A stretch of 64,000 nt of DNA from the human T2T-CHM13v2.0 reference genome, Homo sapiens: the NCBI RefSeq assembly GCF_009914755.1, contig NC_060929.1; one strand, 5' to 3'. This document shows positions 25,201 to 38,700 of the stretch, piece by piece. The notes below the pieces were generated by a model. It was given only the letters and a program-made list of their open reading frames with translations. It was not told the DNA's origin and made no database searches. Every line of letters begins with the position of its first letter. Positions within the stretch are counted from its first letter, which is position 1. The translations under genes and the position numbers were made by a program.

Positions 25201-27730
25201 TAGTTTCTCATAATGTTTCCAGTTTTTATCTGAAGATATTTCCCTGTTCACCATAGGCCTTTTTGTGCTACCTAACATCACTTCACAGATTATAAAAAAA
25301 CAGTGTTTCCAAACTGCTCAGTCAAAAGGAAAGTTTAACTCTGTGAGATGAATGCATACATCACAAAGCAGTTTCTCAATAAGCTTCTTTCTAGTCTTTA
25401 CCAAAGATAATTCCATTTTCACTGTAGGCAAATGTGTGCTCTCAAATATCCCTTTCCAGATTCTACATAAAGAGGGTTTCCAAACTGCTCAATGAAAAGA
25501 AACTTTTAGCTCTGTAAGAAGAATGCATAACACAAAGTGATTTTTCAGAAGGGTTCTTTCTAGTTGTTATCTGAAGTTATTTCCTTTTTCAACATAGATG
25601 TCATGTGCTCCCAAATATTGTTTTGCAGATTCTACAAAAACAATGTGTCCAAACTGATCAATCAAAAGATAAGTTTAACTCTGGGAGATGAATGCACACA
25701 TCACAATGCCATTTCTCAAAGTTTCTTTCTAGTTTTTATCCGAATATATTTCCTTTTTCACCATAGGCTTCATGGCTCTCTGAAATATCCCTTCGCAGAT
25801 TCTACAAAAACAGTGTTTCCAAACTGCTCAATCAAAAGAAAGGATTAACTATGTGATATGAATGCACACATCACAAAGCAGTTTCTAAGAAAGCTTCTCT
25901 CTAGTTCTTCTCTGAAGACATTTCATTTTCCACCATAAGCCTAAATGCACTCCCAAATATCCCATAGCAGATTCTACAAAAACAGTGTTTCCCAAGTGTT
26001 CAATCAAAAAACAGGTTTAACTCTGTGAATTGAACAGACACATCACAAAGCAGTTGTGAAAAACCTTCTTTCTAGTTTTTATCCGAAGGTATTTCTTTTT
26101 CCCCCATAGGCCTCAGAGTGCTACAAAATATACCTTTGCAATTTCTACAAAAGCAATGTTCCAAACTGCTTGGTCAAAAGAAAGGCTTAACTCCGTGACA
26201 TGAATGTCCACATAACAAAGCAGTTTCTTAGATAGCTTCTTGTAGTTCAATTCTCTAAAGATATTTCCTTTGCCATGATAGTCTTCAAAGTGCTCACAAA
26301 TATTCCTTCACCAACCCTATAAAAACAGTGTTTCCAGACTGTTCCATCAGAATAATTATTTAACTATGTGAAATGAAAGCACACATCATAAAGCAGTTTC
26401 TCATAATGCTTCTTTCCAGTTTTTATCTGAAGATATTTCCTTCCCCATGATAGGCCTTTCTGCACTACTAAATATCTGTTTGCAGATTACACAAAAACAG
26501 TGTATCCAAACTGCTCAGTAAGAAGAAAAGTTTAACTGTGTGAGAAGAATGCGTGCATCACAAAGAAGTTTCAGAAAGCATTCTGTCTAGTTTTTATCCG
26601 AAGATATTTCCTTTTTCACCACAGGCATCAGTGCACTTCCGAATATCCCTTTGCAGTTTATAGAATAACAGAGTTTCCAAACTGCTCAATAAAAAGAAAC
26701 GTTTACATCTGTGAGATGAAAGCACACATCACAAAGAAGTTTCTCAAACAGCTTCTCTCTTGTTCTTCTCTGAGGATATTTTCTTTTCCACCATAGGCCT
26801 CAATACACTCCCAAGTATCCCTTCACAGATTCTTCAAAAACAGTGTTTCCGAACTGTTCCATCAAAAACAGGACTTAACCCTGTGAGAGGAAAGCACAGA
26901 CAAGAAAGTGGTTTCTCATAAAGCTTCTTTCCAGTTTTTATCTGAAGAGATTTCCTTTTTCACCATAGACTTTTTTGCCCTACCTAATATCACTTGGTTG
27001 ATTTTGCAAAAACAGTGTTTTGAAACTGCTCAGTGAAAAGAAAGGTTTAACTCTGTGAGATGAATGCACACATCAGAAAGCAGTTTCTCATAACGCTTCT
27101 TTTTAGTTTTATCCTATTTCCTTTATCTCCATAGGTTTCAATGTGTTGCCAAATATCCTGTTGCAGATTCTCCATAAACAGTGTTTCCAAGCTGCTCAAT
27201 CAATAAACAGGTTGAACCCTGTCAGTTGAACACACACATCGCAAAGCCATTTCTCAAAATCTTCTTTCTAATTTTTATCCAAAGGTATTTCCTTTTTCAC
27301 CATAGGCCTCAGTGCACTCCTAAATATAACTTTGCAGATTTTACAAAAACATTGTTTCCAAACTGCTCAATGAAAAGAAAGTTTTAACTCTGTGAGACAA
27401 ATACACACATTACAAAGCAGTTTCTCAGAAAGTTTCTTTGTAGCTTTTATAGGGAGATATTTCCTTTTTCATCATAGGCTTCAATGTGCTCACATATAAC
27501 ATTTTGCAGCTTCTGCCAAAAGGTTGTTTTCATAGGGACCCATCAAACGAAAAATTTTACACTGTGAAATGAAAGCAAACATCAAAACCCAGTTTCTCAG
27601 AAAGCTTCTGTCTAGTTCTTCTCTGAAGATATTTCATTTTCCACCATAGGCCTCAGTGCACTCCCAAATATCCCTTTGCAAATCCTACAAAAACAGTGTT
27701 CCCAAACTGTTACATCAACAGAAAAAATTA

Positions 27731-27783
27731 ACTCTGTGAGACACTCTGTGAAACACTCTGTGAGAAAGACTTAACTCTGTGAG
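27731..27783. repeat. Micro-tandem expansion: three 12-bp units plus a fourth partial copy
   Basis: actctgtgagac actctgtgaaac actctgtgagaa agactta actctgtgag. Confidence 0.9.
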
Positions 27784-30700
27784 AACACCCACATCAGAAA
27801 GCAGTTTCTCATAATGCTTCTTTTCAGTTTTTATCTGAAGATATTTCCTTGTTCACCATGGACGTTTTTGCACTACAAACATTGCTTCACAGTTTTTGCA
27901 AAAACAGTGATTCCAAATTGCTCAGTCAAAAGAAAGGTTTAACTCTGTCAGATGAATGCACACAGCACAAGGAAGATTCTCAAACAGCTTCTCTTTTGTC
28001 CTTCCCTGAAGATATTTCCTTTTCCACCATAGACCTCAATACATTCCCAAGTATCCCTTCACAGATTCTTCAAAAACTGTGTCTCCAAACTGTTCCATCA
28101 AAAGCAGGAGTTCACCCTGTGAGAGGAAAGCACACCAGAAAACAGTTTCACATAAAGCTTCTTCTTTCCAGTTTTTATCTGAAGAGATTTACTTTTTCAC
28201 CATGGGCTTTTTTGCGCTAACTAATAACGCTCGTAGATTTTGCGAAAACAGTATTTCCAAACTGCTCAGTGAAAAAAAAGGTTTAACTCTGTGAGATGAA
28301 TGCACACATCACAAAGCAGTTTCTCAAAAAGCTTCATTCTGATTTTATCTGAAGATATTTCCTTTATCACAATAGGCTTCAGTGCACTCCTAAATATCCC
28401 ATTGCAGATTCTACAAAAACAGTGTTTCCAAACTGCTGAATCAAAAATCAGGTTTAATTTCGTGAGTTGAATGCACACAATACAGAGCAGTTTCTCAAAA
28501 AATTTCTATCTAGTATTTATCCGAAGATATTTCCTTTCTCACCATATAAATCAGTGTGCTCCCAAATATCCATTTGCAAATTCTACAAAAACAGTGTTTA
28601 CAAAGTGTTCATTCAAAAGAAAAGTTTAACTCTGTGAGAAGAATGCACACATCACAAAGCAGTTTCTCAGAAAACTTCTTTCTAGTTTTTATCTGAAGTT
28701 ATTACCTTTTTCACCATAGGCCTCATGTGCTGTCAATTATCCCTTCACAGATTCCATAAAAACAGCATTTCCAAACTGATCAATCAAAAGAAAATTTTAA
28801 CTCTCTGAGAGGAATGCACACATCACAAAGTGGTTTCTCTGAAAGTTTCTTTCCAGTTTTTTTCCAAAGGTATTTCCTTCATCAGCATAGGATTCAATGC
28901 TCTCCTAAATATCCCTTCGCTGATTCCACAAAAACAGTGTTTCAAAACTACTCACTCAAAAGGAACTTTTAACTCAGTGAGATGAATGCACACATCAAAA
29001 ATCAGTTTCTCAGAAAGCATCTTTCTAGTTCTTCTCTGAAGGTATTTCCTTTTCCACCATATGCCTCATGGGCTCACAAATATCACTTTGCAGATACTAC
29101 AAAAACAGTTGGCCCAAACTGTTCCATCAAAAGCAGGTCTTAACCGTGTGAGAGGAACACATACACCAGAAAGCCATTTCTCATAAAGTTTCTTTTCAGT
29201 TTTCATCGGGACAGATTAACTTTTTCACCATAGGCTTTTTTGTGTTACCTAATATTGCTTCGCAGATTTGGCAAAAACAGTGTTTCCAAACTGCTCAGTG
29301 AAAAGAAAGGTTTACCTCTCTGAGATGAATGCACACATCACAAAGCAGTTTCTCAAAAAGATTACTTCTGGATTTATCTGGAGATATTTCACTTATCACC
29401 CTAGGCTTCAATGCACCCCTAAATATCCCATCACAGATTCTACAAAAACAATGTTTCCAAACTACTCAATCAAATATCAGGTTAAAATCTGTGAGCTGAA
29501 TGCACACATCACAGAGCAGTTTCTCAAACACTTCTTTTTAGTTTTTATCCAAAGATATTTCTGTTTTCAGCAGGAGCCTCAGTACACTCCCAAGTACAAC
29601 TTAGCAGGTTCTACAAAAACAGTGATTCCAAACTGTTCAATCAAAAGTAAGGTTTAACTCTGTCAGATGAATGCACACATCACAAACCAGTTTCTCTGAC
29701 AGCTTCTGTCTACTTCTTCTCTGAAAATATTTCCATTTCCACCATAGGACTCAATGTGCTCCCAAATATCCCTTCGCAGTTTCTATAAAAACCGTGAGTC
29801 TGGACACTTCCATCAAAAGAAGGATTTAACTCAGTGAGATGAATGCACATATGAGGAAGCAGTTTCTCATAACGCTTCTTACCAGTATTTATCCAAAAAC
29901 ATTTCCTTGTTCCCGCTAACCTTTTTTGTGCTATTTAATACCAATTAGTGGATATTGCAAAAACAGTGTTTCCAAACAGCTCTGTGAAAACAAAGGTTTA
30001 ACTCTGTGAAATGAATGAATACTTCACAAAGCAGTTTCTCAAAGAGTGTCTTTCTGGTTTTTATCTGAAGATATTCCCTTTTTCACCATAGACCTCAGTG
30101 TGCTCCCAAATATCCCTTTGCAGATTCTAGAAAAACAGTGTTTCCAAACTGCAAAATCCAAACAAATTTTAAATCTGTGAGAAGAATGCACACACCACAG
30201 GGTGGTGTCTCAGAAAGCCTTTTTGGCCAAAGTTATTTCCTTTTTCACCACAGGCCTCATGCACTCCCAAATATCCCTTTGCAGATTGTACAAAAACAGT
30301 GTTTCCAAACTCATTAATCAAAAGAAAGGTTTAACTCTGTGAGATGAAAGCAAATATCACAAAAGAGTTTCTCAAATGCATACTTTCTAGTTTTTATCTG
30401 AAGATATTTCCTTTTTCACCATAGTCTTCTATTACTACCAAATAGCTCTTTGGCTATTTTACAAAAACAGTTTTTACAAACTGCTCTATCAAAAGAAAGG
30501 TTTAACACTGTGAGATGAATGCACAAATCAAAAAAGAGTTCCTCAGAAATCTTCAGTCTGGTTCTATTCTGAAGATATGTCTTTTTCCACCATATTCCTC
30601 AATGCACACCAAAATATCTCTCACAGACTCTGTAAAAACTTGGATTCTGAAAACTTCCATCAAAAAAAGGATTGAACTCTGTGAGAAGAACGCACATATT

Positions 30701-32630
30701 AGAAAGCAGTTTCACATAACGCTTCTTTACAGTTTTTATGTGAATATATTTCCATGTTCACCATAGGCCTTTTTGCCCTACTTAACATCACTTTGCAGAT
30801 TTTCCAGAAACAGTGACTCCAAACTGATCATTCAAAAGAAAGGCTTAACTCTGTGACATGAATGCACACATCACAAAAGAGTTTCTCAAAAAGCTTCTTT
30901 CTAGTTTTTATCAGAAGATATTTCCTTTTCACCATAGGTGTCAGTGCACTCCAAAATATCCCTTTGCAGATTCTACAGAAACAGTGTTTCCAAACTGCTC
31001 AATCAAAAGGAACATTTAATTTTATGAGAAGAATGCACACATCACAAAGCAGTTTCTCATGATCTTCTGCTGAGATCTTCTCTGAGGATGTTTCCTTTTC
31101 CACCATAGGCCTCAATGTGCTCCCAGATATCCCTTTGCAGATTCTACAAAAATGTTTCCACACTGCTCACTCATAAAATAGGTTTAACTCTGTTATTTGA
31201 ATGCACACATCAAATAGCTGTTTCTCAAAAATCTTCTTTGTAGTTTTCATCTGAACACATTTCCTTTTTCACCATAGGCCTCAGTGAATTATAAAATATC
31301 CCTTTACAGATTCTACAGAAACAGGGATTCCAAAGTGCTCAATCACAATAAACTTTTAACTCTTTGAGATGAAAGCACATATCACAAAGCAGTTTCTTAG
31401 AAAGCTTCAGTCTAGTTCTTCTCTGAAGATATTTCATTTTGCACCATAGACTTCAATGAAATCCCAACTATCTCTTCTTGGATTCTACAAAACCGTGTTT
31501 CCAAACTGCTCAATCAAAAGAAAGGTTTAACTCTGTGAGTGGAATGCACACATCACAAAGCAGTTTCTCAAAAATCTTCTGTCTACTTCTGTGAAGATAT
31601 TTCCTTTTCCACTATACACATCTATGCACTCACAAGTATTCCTTTGCAGATTGTACAAAAACAGTGTTCCAAATTATTCCATCAAAATAAGGAATTTACT
31701 CTGTGATTTGAACACGCATATAAGTAAGCAGTTTCTCATGACAATTCTTTCCAGGTTTTATCTGAAGATATTTACTTTTTCACTGTAGGCTTTTTTGCAC
31801 TACTTAATATCGCTTTGCAGATTTTTCAAAAACACTGTTTCCAAACCGCTCAGTCAAAAGAAATGTTTTACTCTGTGAGATGAATGCACACATCAGAAAG
31901 CAGTTTCTCAAAAATCTTCTTTCTAGTTTGCATCGTAAGATATTTCCTTTTTCAGCATAGGCTTCAGAGCGCTCCCAAATATTCCTTCGCAGATTCTGCA
32001 AAAAGAGTGTTTCCAAAGTGCTCAATAAAAAGAAAGGTTTAAGTCTGTGAGAAGAATGCACACATCTCAAAGCAGTTTCCCAGAAAGCTTCTGTTTAGCT
32101 CTTCTCTGAAGATGTTTCCTTTTCCACCATAGGCCTCAACACATTCCCAAATATCCCTTCGAAGATCCTACAAAAGCAGTGTTTCCAAACTACTCAATCA
32201 AAAAACAGGTTTAACTCTGTGAATTGAATGCACTCATCACAAAGTAGTTTCTCAAAAATCTTCTTTCTAGTTTAGTTTTTTTCCTAAGATACTTCCTTTT
32301 TCACCACAGGCCTCAGTGCACTCCCAAATATACCTTTGCAGATTCTACAAAAACAGTGTTTCCAAACTGCTCAATTAAAAGAAATGCTTAACTCTGTGAG
32401 ATGAATGCACACATCACAAGGCAGTTTCTCAGATAGCTTCTATCTAGTTCTTCTCTGAAGATATTTCCTTTTCCACCTTAGATCTCAATGCACTCACAAA
32501 TATTCCTTCACAGATATTATAAAAACAGTGTTTCCAAACGGTTCTATCAAAACAAGGATTTAACACAGTGAGATGAACACATATGAAGAAGCTGTTTCTC
32601 ATAGTGCTGCTTTCCAGTATTTATCGGAAC

Positions 32631-32710
32631 TACGTTCTTTGTTCTTTGTTCAACGTAGACCTTTTTGTGCTATGTTCTATGTTCTTTGTTCAACACAGGC
32701 CTTTTTGTGC
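32631..32710. repeat. 40-bp tandem duplication inside a monomer
   Basis: tacgttctttgttctttgttcaacgtagacctttttgtgc followed by tatgttctatgttctttgttcaacacaggcctttttgtgc. Confidence 0.9.
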
Positions 32711-35700
32711 TACCTAACATCACTTCACAGATGATACAAAAACAGTGTTTCCAAACTGCTCTGTCAAAAGAAAAGTTTAACTCTGTGAGATGAATGTGTA
32801 CATTGCAAAACAGTTTCTCAAAGAGCTTCTTTCTAGTTTTTATCAGAAGATATTTCCTTTTTCACCATAGGCATCAGTGTGCATCAAAATCTCCCATTGT
32901 CAGATTCTACAAAAACAGTGTTTCCACACTGTTCTATCAAAAGAAAGATTTAATTGTGTGAGATGAATGCACTCATCCTGAAGCAGTTTCTCAGAAAGCA
33001 TCTGTCTAGTTTTTCTCTGAAGTTATTTCCTTTTCCACTGTGTCAATGTGCTCCCAAATATCCCTTCATAGATTCTACAAATACAGTTTTTGCAAACTGT
33101 TTCATTAAAAGAAGAACTTAACTCTGTGAGATGAACTGACACATCACAAAGCTGTTTCTCATAATGCTTCTGTCCAGTTGTTTTATGAAGATATTTCCAT
33201 CTGAAGATATTTCCTTGTTCACCATAGGCTTTATTGCACTACATAATATCGCTATGCAGATTTTGCAAAAACAGTGTTTCCATCTACTCAGTCATATGTA
33301 GGGTTTCACTCCATGAGATGAATGCACACATCACAAAGCAGTTTCTCAAAATTCTTCTTTCTAGTTTTTGTCTGAAGATATTTCCTTTATTACCATAGGT
33401 TTCAATGCCCTCCCAAATATCTGGTTGCAGATCCTAGAAAAACAGTGTTTCCAAACTGCTCCATCAAAAAGCAGATTTAACTCTGTCAGTTGAACGAACA
33501 TATCACAAAGCAGTTTCTCAAACAGATTCTTCCTAGTTTTTATCTGAAGATATTTACTTTTTCATCATAGACCTCAATGCACTCCCAAATATACCTTAGC
33601 AGATTCTACAAAAACAGTGTTTTGAAGCTGCTCATAAAAAGAAAGGTTTAACTCTATGAGAAGAAAGCACTTATCAGAAAGCAGTTTCTCAGATATATTC
33701 TGTCTAGTTATTACAAAATATCCCTTCACAGATTCTAGAAAATAGTGTTTTCAAATTGCTCAATCAAAAGAAAGTTTTAACTCTCTAAGGTGAATGCACT
33801 CTTTACAAAGCAGTGTCTCAGAAAGCTTCTTTCTTGTTTTTATCTGGAGATATTTCCTTTTTCACCATAGGCCTCAATGAGTTCCCAATTAACCCTTCAA
33901 GACTCTGCCAAAATGGTGTTTCCAAAGGGCTCCATTGGAGGAATATTTAACACTGTGAAATGAAGGCACACATCAGAAACCTTCTTTCTGTCTCAGAAAC
34001 CTTTCACATTTTAATCTGAATATATTTCCTTTTTCACCATACGCCTCAATGTGCTCCCTAATATCTCTGAACAGATTCTATAAAAACAGTGTTTCTGAAC
34101 TGTCCCATCAAAAGAAGTATTTAACTCTCTTAGATGAATTGACACATCAGAAATCAGTTTTTTGTAACGCTTCTTTCAAATTTTTATCTGAATATCTTTC
34201 CTTGTTCACCATAGGCATTTTTGCACTTTCAAACATCGCTTCGCAACTTATTCAAAAACAGTGGTTCTAAACTGCTCACTCAAAAGTTTACCTCTGTGAT
34301 GTGAATGCATATATTGTAAAGCAGTTTCTAAAAATGCTTCTTTCTAGTTTTTATTCGAAGATATTTACTTTTTCACCATAGGCATCAGTGCGTTCCCAAA
34401 TATCCCTTTGCAGATTCTACAAAAACAGTGTGTCCAAACTGCTCAATCAAAAGTAACGTTTAACTCTGTCAGAAGACTGCACACATCACAAAGCAGACTT
34501 TCAGATAGCTTCTTTCTAGTTTTTATCTGAAGATATTTCCTTTTCCACCATAGGTCTCAATGCACTACCAAATATCCCTTTGCAGTTTCTATAAAAACAG
34601 TGTTTCCGACCTCTTCCATCAAAAGAAGCATTTACCACTGTGAGATGAATGCACACATCAGAAAGCAGTTTCTCATAATGCTTCTTTCTCGTTATTATCT
34701 GAAGATATTTCCTTGTTCACCATAGGCCTTTTTGTCCTGCCTATCATTGCTTTGCAAATTCTAGAAAAACAGTGTTTCCAAAATGCTCAATCAAAAAAAG
34801 GGTTAACTCTGTGAGTTGAATGCACACATCACAAAGAAGTTTCTCAAAAAAACTCCTTTCTGTTTTTTATATGGAGATATTTCCTTTTTCACCATAGGCC
34901 TCAATGAACTCCCAAGAAACCCTTCGCAGACTCCACCAAAAGGGTATTTCCAAATGGCTCCATCAAAGGAAAGATTAACTCTGTGAAATGAAGGCACACA
35001 TCACAAATCAGTGTCTCAGAAATTTCTTTCCGGGTTTAATCTGAAGATATTTCCTTTTCAACCATAGGCCCCAGTGTGCTCCCAAATATCCCTGCACAGA
35101 TTCTATAAAAACAATGTTTCCAAACTGTTCCATTAAAAGCCGTTTTTAACTCTATTAGATGAATACACACGTCAGAAATCAGTTTCTCATAGCAGTTCTT
35201 GCTAGTTTTTACATGAAGATCTTTCCTTGTTTACCATAGGCATTTTTGTGCTTTCAAACTTTGCTTTGCAGATTATACAAAAACAGTGTTTACAAACTGC
35301 TCAACCAAAAGAAAGGTTTAACTCTGTGAGATGAATGCACACATCTCAACGCAGTATCTCAGAAAACTTCTGTGTAGTTCTTCACTGAAGATACTTCCTT
35401 TTCCATCGTAGGCCTCAATGGGCTGCCAAATCTCCCTTCACACATTCTACAAAAACAGTGTTTCCAAACAGTTCCATCAAAGAAGGAATTAACTCTGTGA
35501 GATAAACACACATATGAAGAAAGCAGTATCTCATAATGTTTCTTTCCCATTTTTATCTGAAGATATTTACTTTTTCACCATGGGCTTCTTTGTGCTACCT
35601 AATATTGCTTTGAATGTTTTGCAAAAACAGTGTTTCCAAACTTCACAGTCAAAAGCAAGGTTTAACTCTGTGAGATGAATGCACACATCACAAAGCAATT

Positions 35701-38700
35701 TCTAAAAAAGTTCTTTCCTGTTTTTATACAAAGATATTTCCTTTTTCAGCATAGCCTCTGTGTGCTCCTAAGTATAGAGCTGCATTTCTATAAAAACAGT
35801 GTTTCCAAACTACTCAATGAAAAGAAAGGTTTAACTCTCTCAGATGAATGCAAACATCACAAAGCAGTTTCTCAGATAGCTTCTGTCTAGTTCTTCTCTG
35901 AAGATATTTCCTTTTCCACTGTAAGCATCGTGCTCCCATATATCACTTCACAGACTCTATAAAAACAGTGTTTCCAAGTTGTTGCATCAAAAGAAGGATT
36001 TAACGCTGTGAGACGAATGCTCACATCAGAAATCAGTTTCTCATAAGGCTTCTTTCCAGTTTTTATCTGAAGATATTTCCTTGATCACCATAGGGCTTTT
36101 TGTGCTACCAAACATCACTTTGCACATTAAACAAAAACAGTGTTTCCAAACTGCTCAGTCAGAAGAAAAGTTTAACTTTGTGAGATAAATGCACACATCA
36201 CAAAGCTAAAAATCGTCTTTCTAGTTTTTTTCTGAAGATATCTATTTTTTCAAAACAGGCCTCGATGCTCTCCCAAATATATCCTCACAGATTCTACAAA
36301 AACAGTGTTTCCTAAAGGCTCAGTCAAAAAATGTTTCACTCTTTGTCATGAATGACGTTATCACAAAGAAATTTCTCAGAATGCTTCTGCCTATTTCTTC
36401 TCTGGCAATATTTCCTTTCCACCATAGGCCTCAATATGTTGCCAAATATCCCAACGCAGATTCTACAAAAACAGTTTCTTTCTTTTTCTGCTAGTTAATA
36501 ATGCTTTGCAAATTACACAAAACAGTGTTTTCAAACTGCTCAGTGACATGAAAGGTTTAGCTCTGTGAGATGAATGCACACAACAAAAAGCAGTTTCTCA
36601 GAAAGCTTCCTTACAGTTTTAATCCAAAGATATTTCCTTTTTCACCATAGTCCTAACTGTTCTTTCAAATATCCCATTGCAGTTTCAACAAGAACAGTGT
36701 TTCCAAACTGCTCAATAAAAAGAATGGTTTAAATCTGTGATAAGAATGCACACATCACAAAGTGGTTTCTCAGAAAGCTTTTTGTATTTTTGAACCGAAG
36801 GAATATTTCCTTTTTCACCATAAGCCTCAGGGTGCTCCAAAATATCCCTTTGCAGATTCTGAGAAAACAGTGTTTCCAAACAGTTCAATCAAAAGAAAGG
36901 TTTACATCTGTCAGATGAATTCACACGTTACAAAGCTGTTTCTGAGAAAGCTTCTTTCTAGTTTTTATCTAGATATTTTTACTTTCTCACACTAGACCTC
37001 AATATGCTCCCACATAACCCTTAGCAGATTCTGCCAGAAGGGTGTTTCCAAATGGCTTGATCAAAGAAAAGACTTAACAGTGTGAAATGAATGAACACAC
37101 AGCAAATCAGTGTCTCAGAAAGCTTCTTTCCATTTTTAATCTGAAGATATTTCCTTTTTCACCATAGGCCTTTTTATGCTATTTAATATCACTTTGCAGA
37201 TTATAAAACAACAGTGTTTCCAAACTGCTTAGTCAAAAGAAAGGTTTAACTCTGTGAGATGAATGCATACATCACAAAACAGTATCTCAAAAAGCCTCTT
37301 TCTAGTTTTTACCACAGATATTTCCTTTATCACCATGTGCTTCAATGCACTCCCAAATATCCCGTTGCCAATTCTACAAAAACAGTGTTTGCAGACAGCT
37401 CAATCAAAAAAAGTTTTAAAACTGTGAGTTGAATGCACACATCACAAAACAGTTTCTCAAAATTTTTCTTTCTAGTTTTATCCAAAGATATATCCATAGG
37501 ACTCAGTGAACACCCAAATATACCTGTGCAGAATCTACAACATATCCTTTTTCAACATAGGCTTCAATGTGCTCCGAAATATCAATTTGCAGATTCTACA
37601 AAAACAACATTTCCAAAATGCTCAATAACAAGAAAGGCTTAACCCTGTGGCTCGAATGCATACATCACAAAGCTGTTTTTCAGATATCTTCTCTCAAGTT
37701 CTTCACTGAAAATATTTCCTTTTCCACCATAGACCTCAATGCACTCTCAAATCGCAGATTTTAAAGAAACACTGTTCCTGAACAGTTCCATCAAAAGAAG
37801 GATTTAACTCTGTGAGATGAATGCACACATCAGAAAGCAGTTTCCCATAAAGCTTCTTTCCTGTTTTTATCTGATGATATTTCCTTGTTCACCATAGTCC
37901 TTTTGACACTACATAACATCGCTTCATGGATTATACTAAAACAGTGTTTCCAAGATTCTCAGACAAAGGAAAGGTTAATTCTGTGAGATGAATGCATACA
38001 TCAAAAAGCAGTTTCTCAAAAAGATTCTTTTTAGTTTGTATCCAAAGATATTTCCTTTTACACAATAAGCTTCAGGACACTCCAAAATATCCCTTCATAG
38101 ATTCTATATAAAGAGAATTTCCGAACTGTTCCATCAAAAGAAGGATTTAACTCTCTGAGATAAATGCACAAATGAGAAAGCAGTTTCTCATAAAGCTTTC
38201 TTCCAGTTTTTATCTGAAGATATTTCCTTTTCCACCATAGGCCTCAATGCACTCCCAAATATGACTTCACAGATTATACAAAAACAGTGTTTCCAAAATC
38301 CTCAGTCAAAAGTAAAGTCTGTGAGATGAATGCATACATCACAAAGCTGTTTCTCAAAAAGGTTATCTCTTGTTTTTATCCAAAGAAATTTCCTATTTCA
38401 ACATAGGCATCAATGCACTCCTGAATATCCTGTTTCAGAGTCTACAAAGCAGTTTTTCCAAAGTGCTCATCTAAAGAAACTTTTAACTATGTGAGAAGAC
38501 TGCACACTTCACAAAGTGGTTTCTCAGAAAGGTTCCTTCTATTTTTTATCTGAAGCTATTTCCTTTTTCACCATAAGCCTTATGTGCTCTGAAATATCCT
38601 TGAGCAGATTCTATAAATACACTGCTGGCAAACTGATCAATCAAAAGAAAGTTTTAACTCTGTGAGTTGTATGCACACATCACTAATCAGTTTCCCAAAA

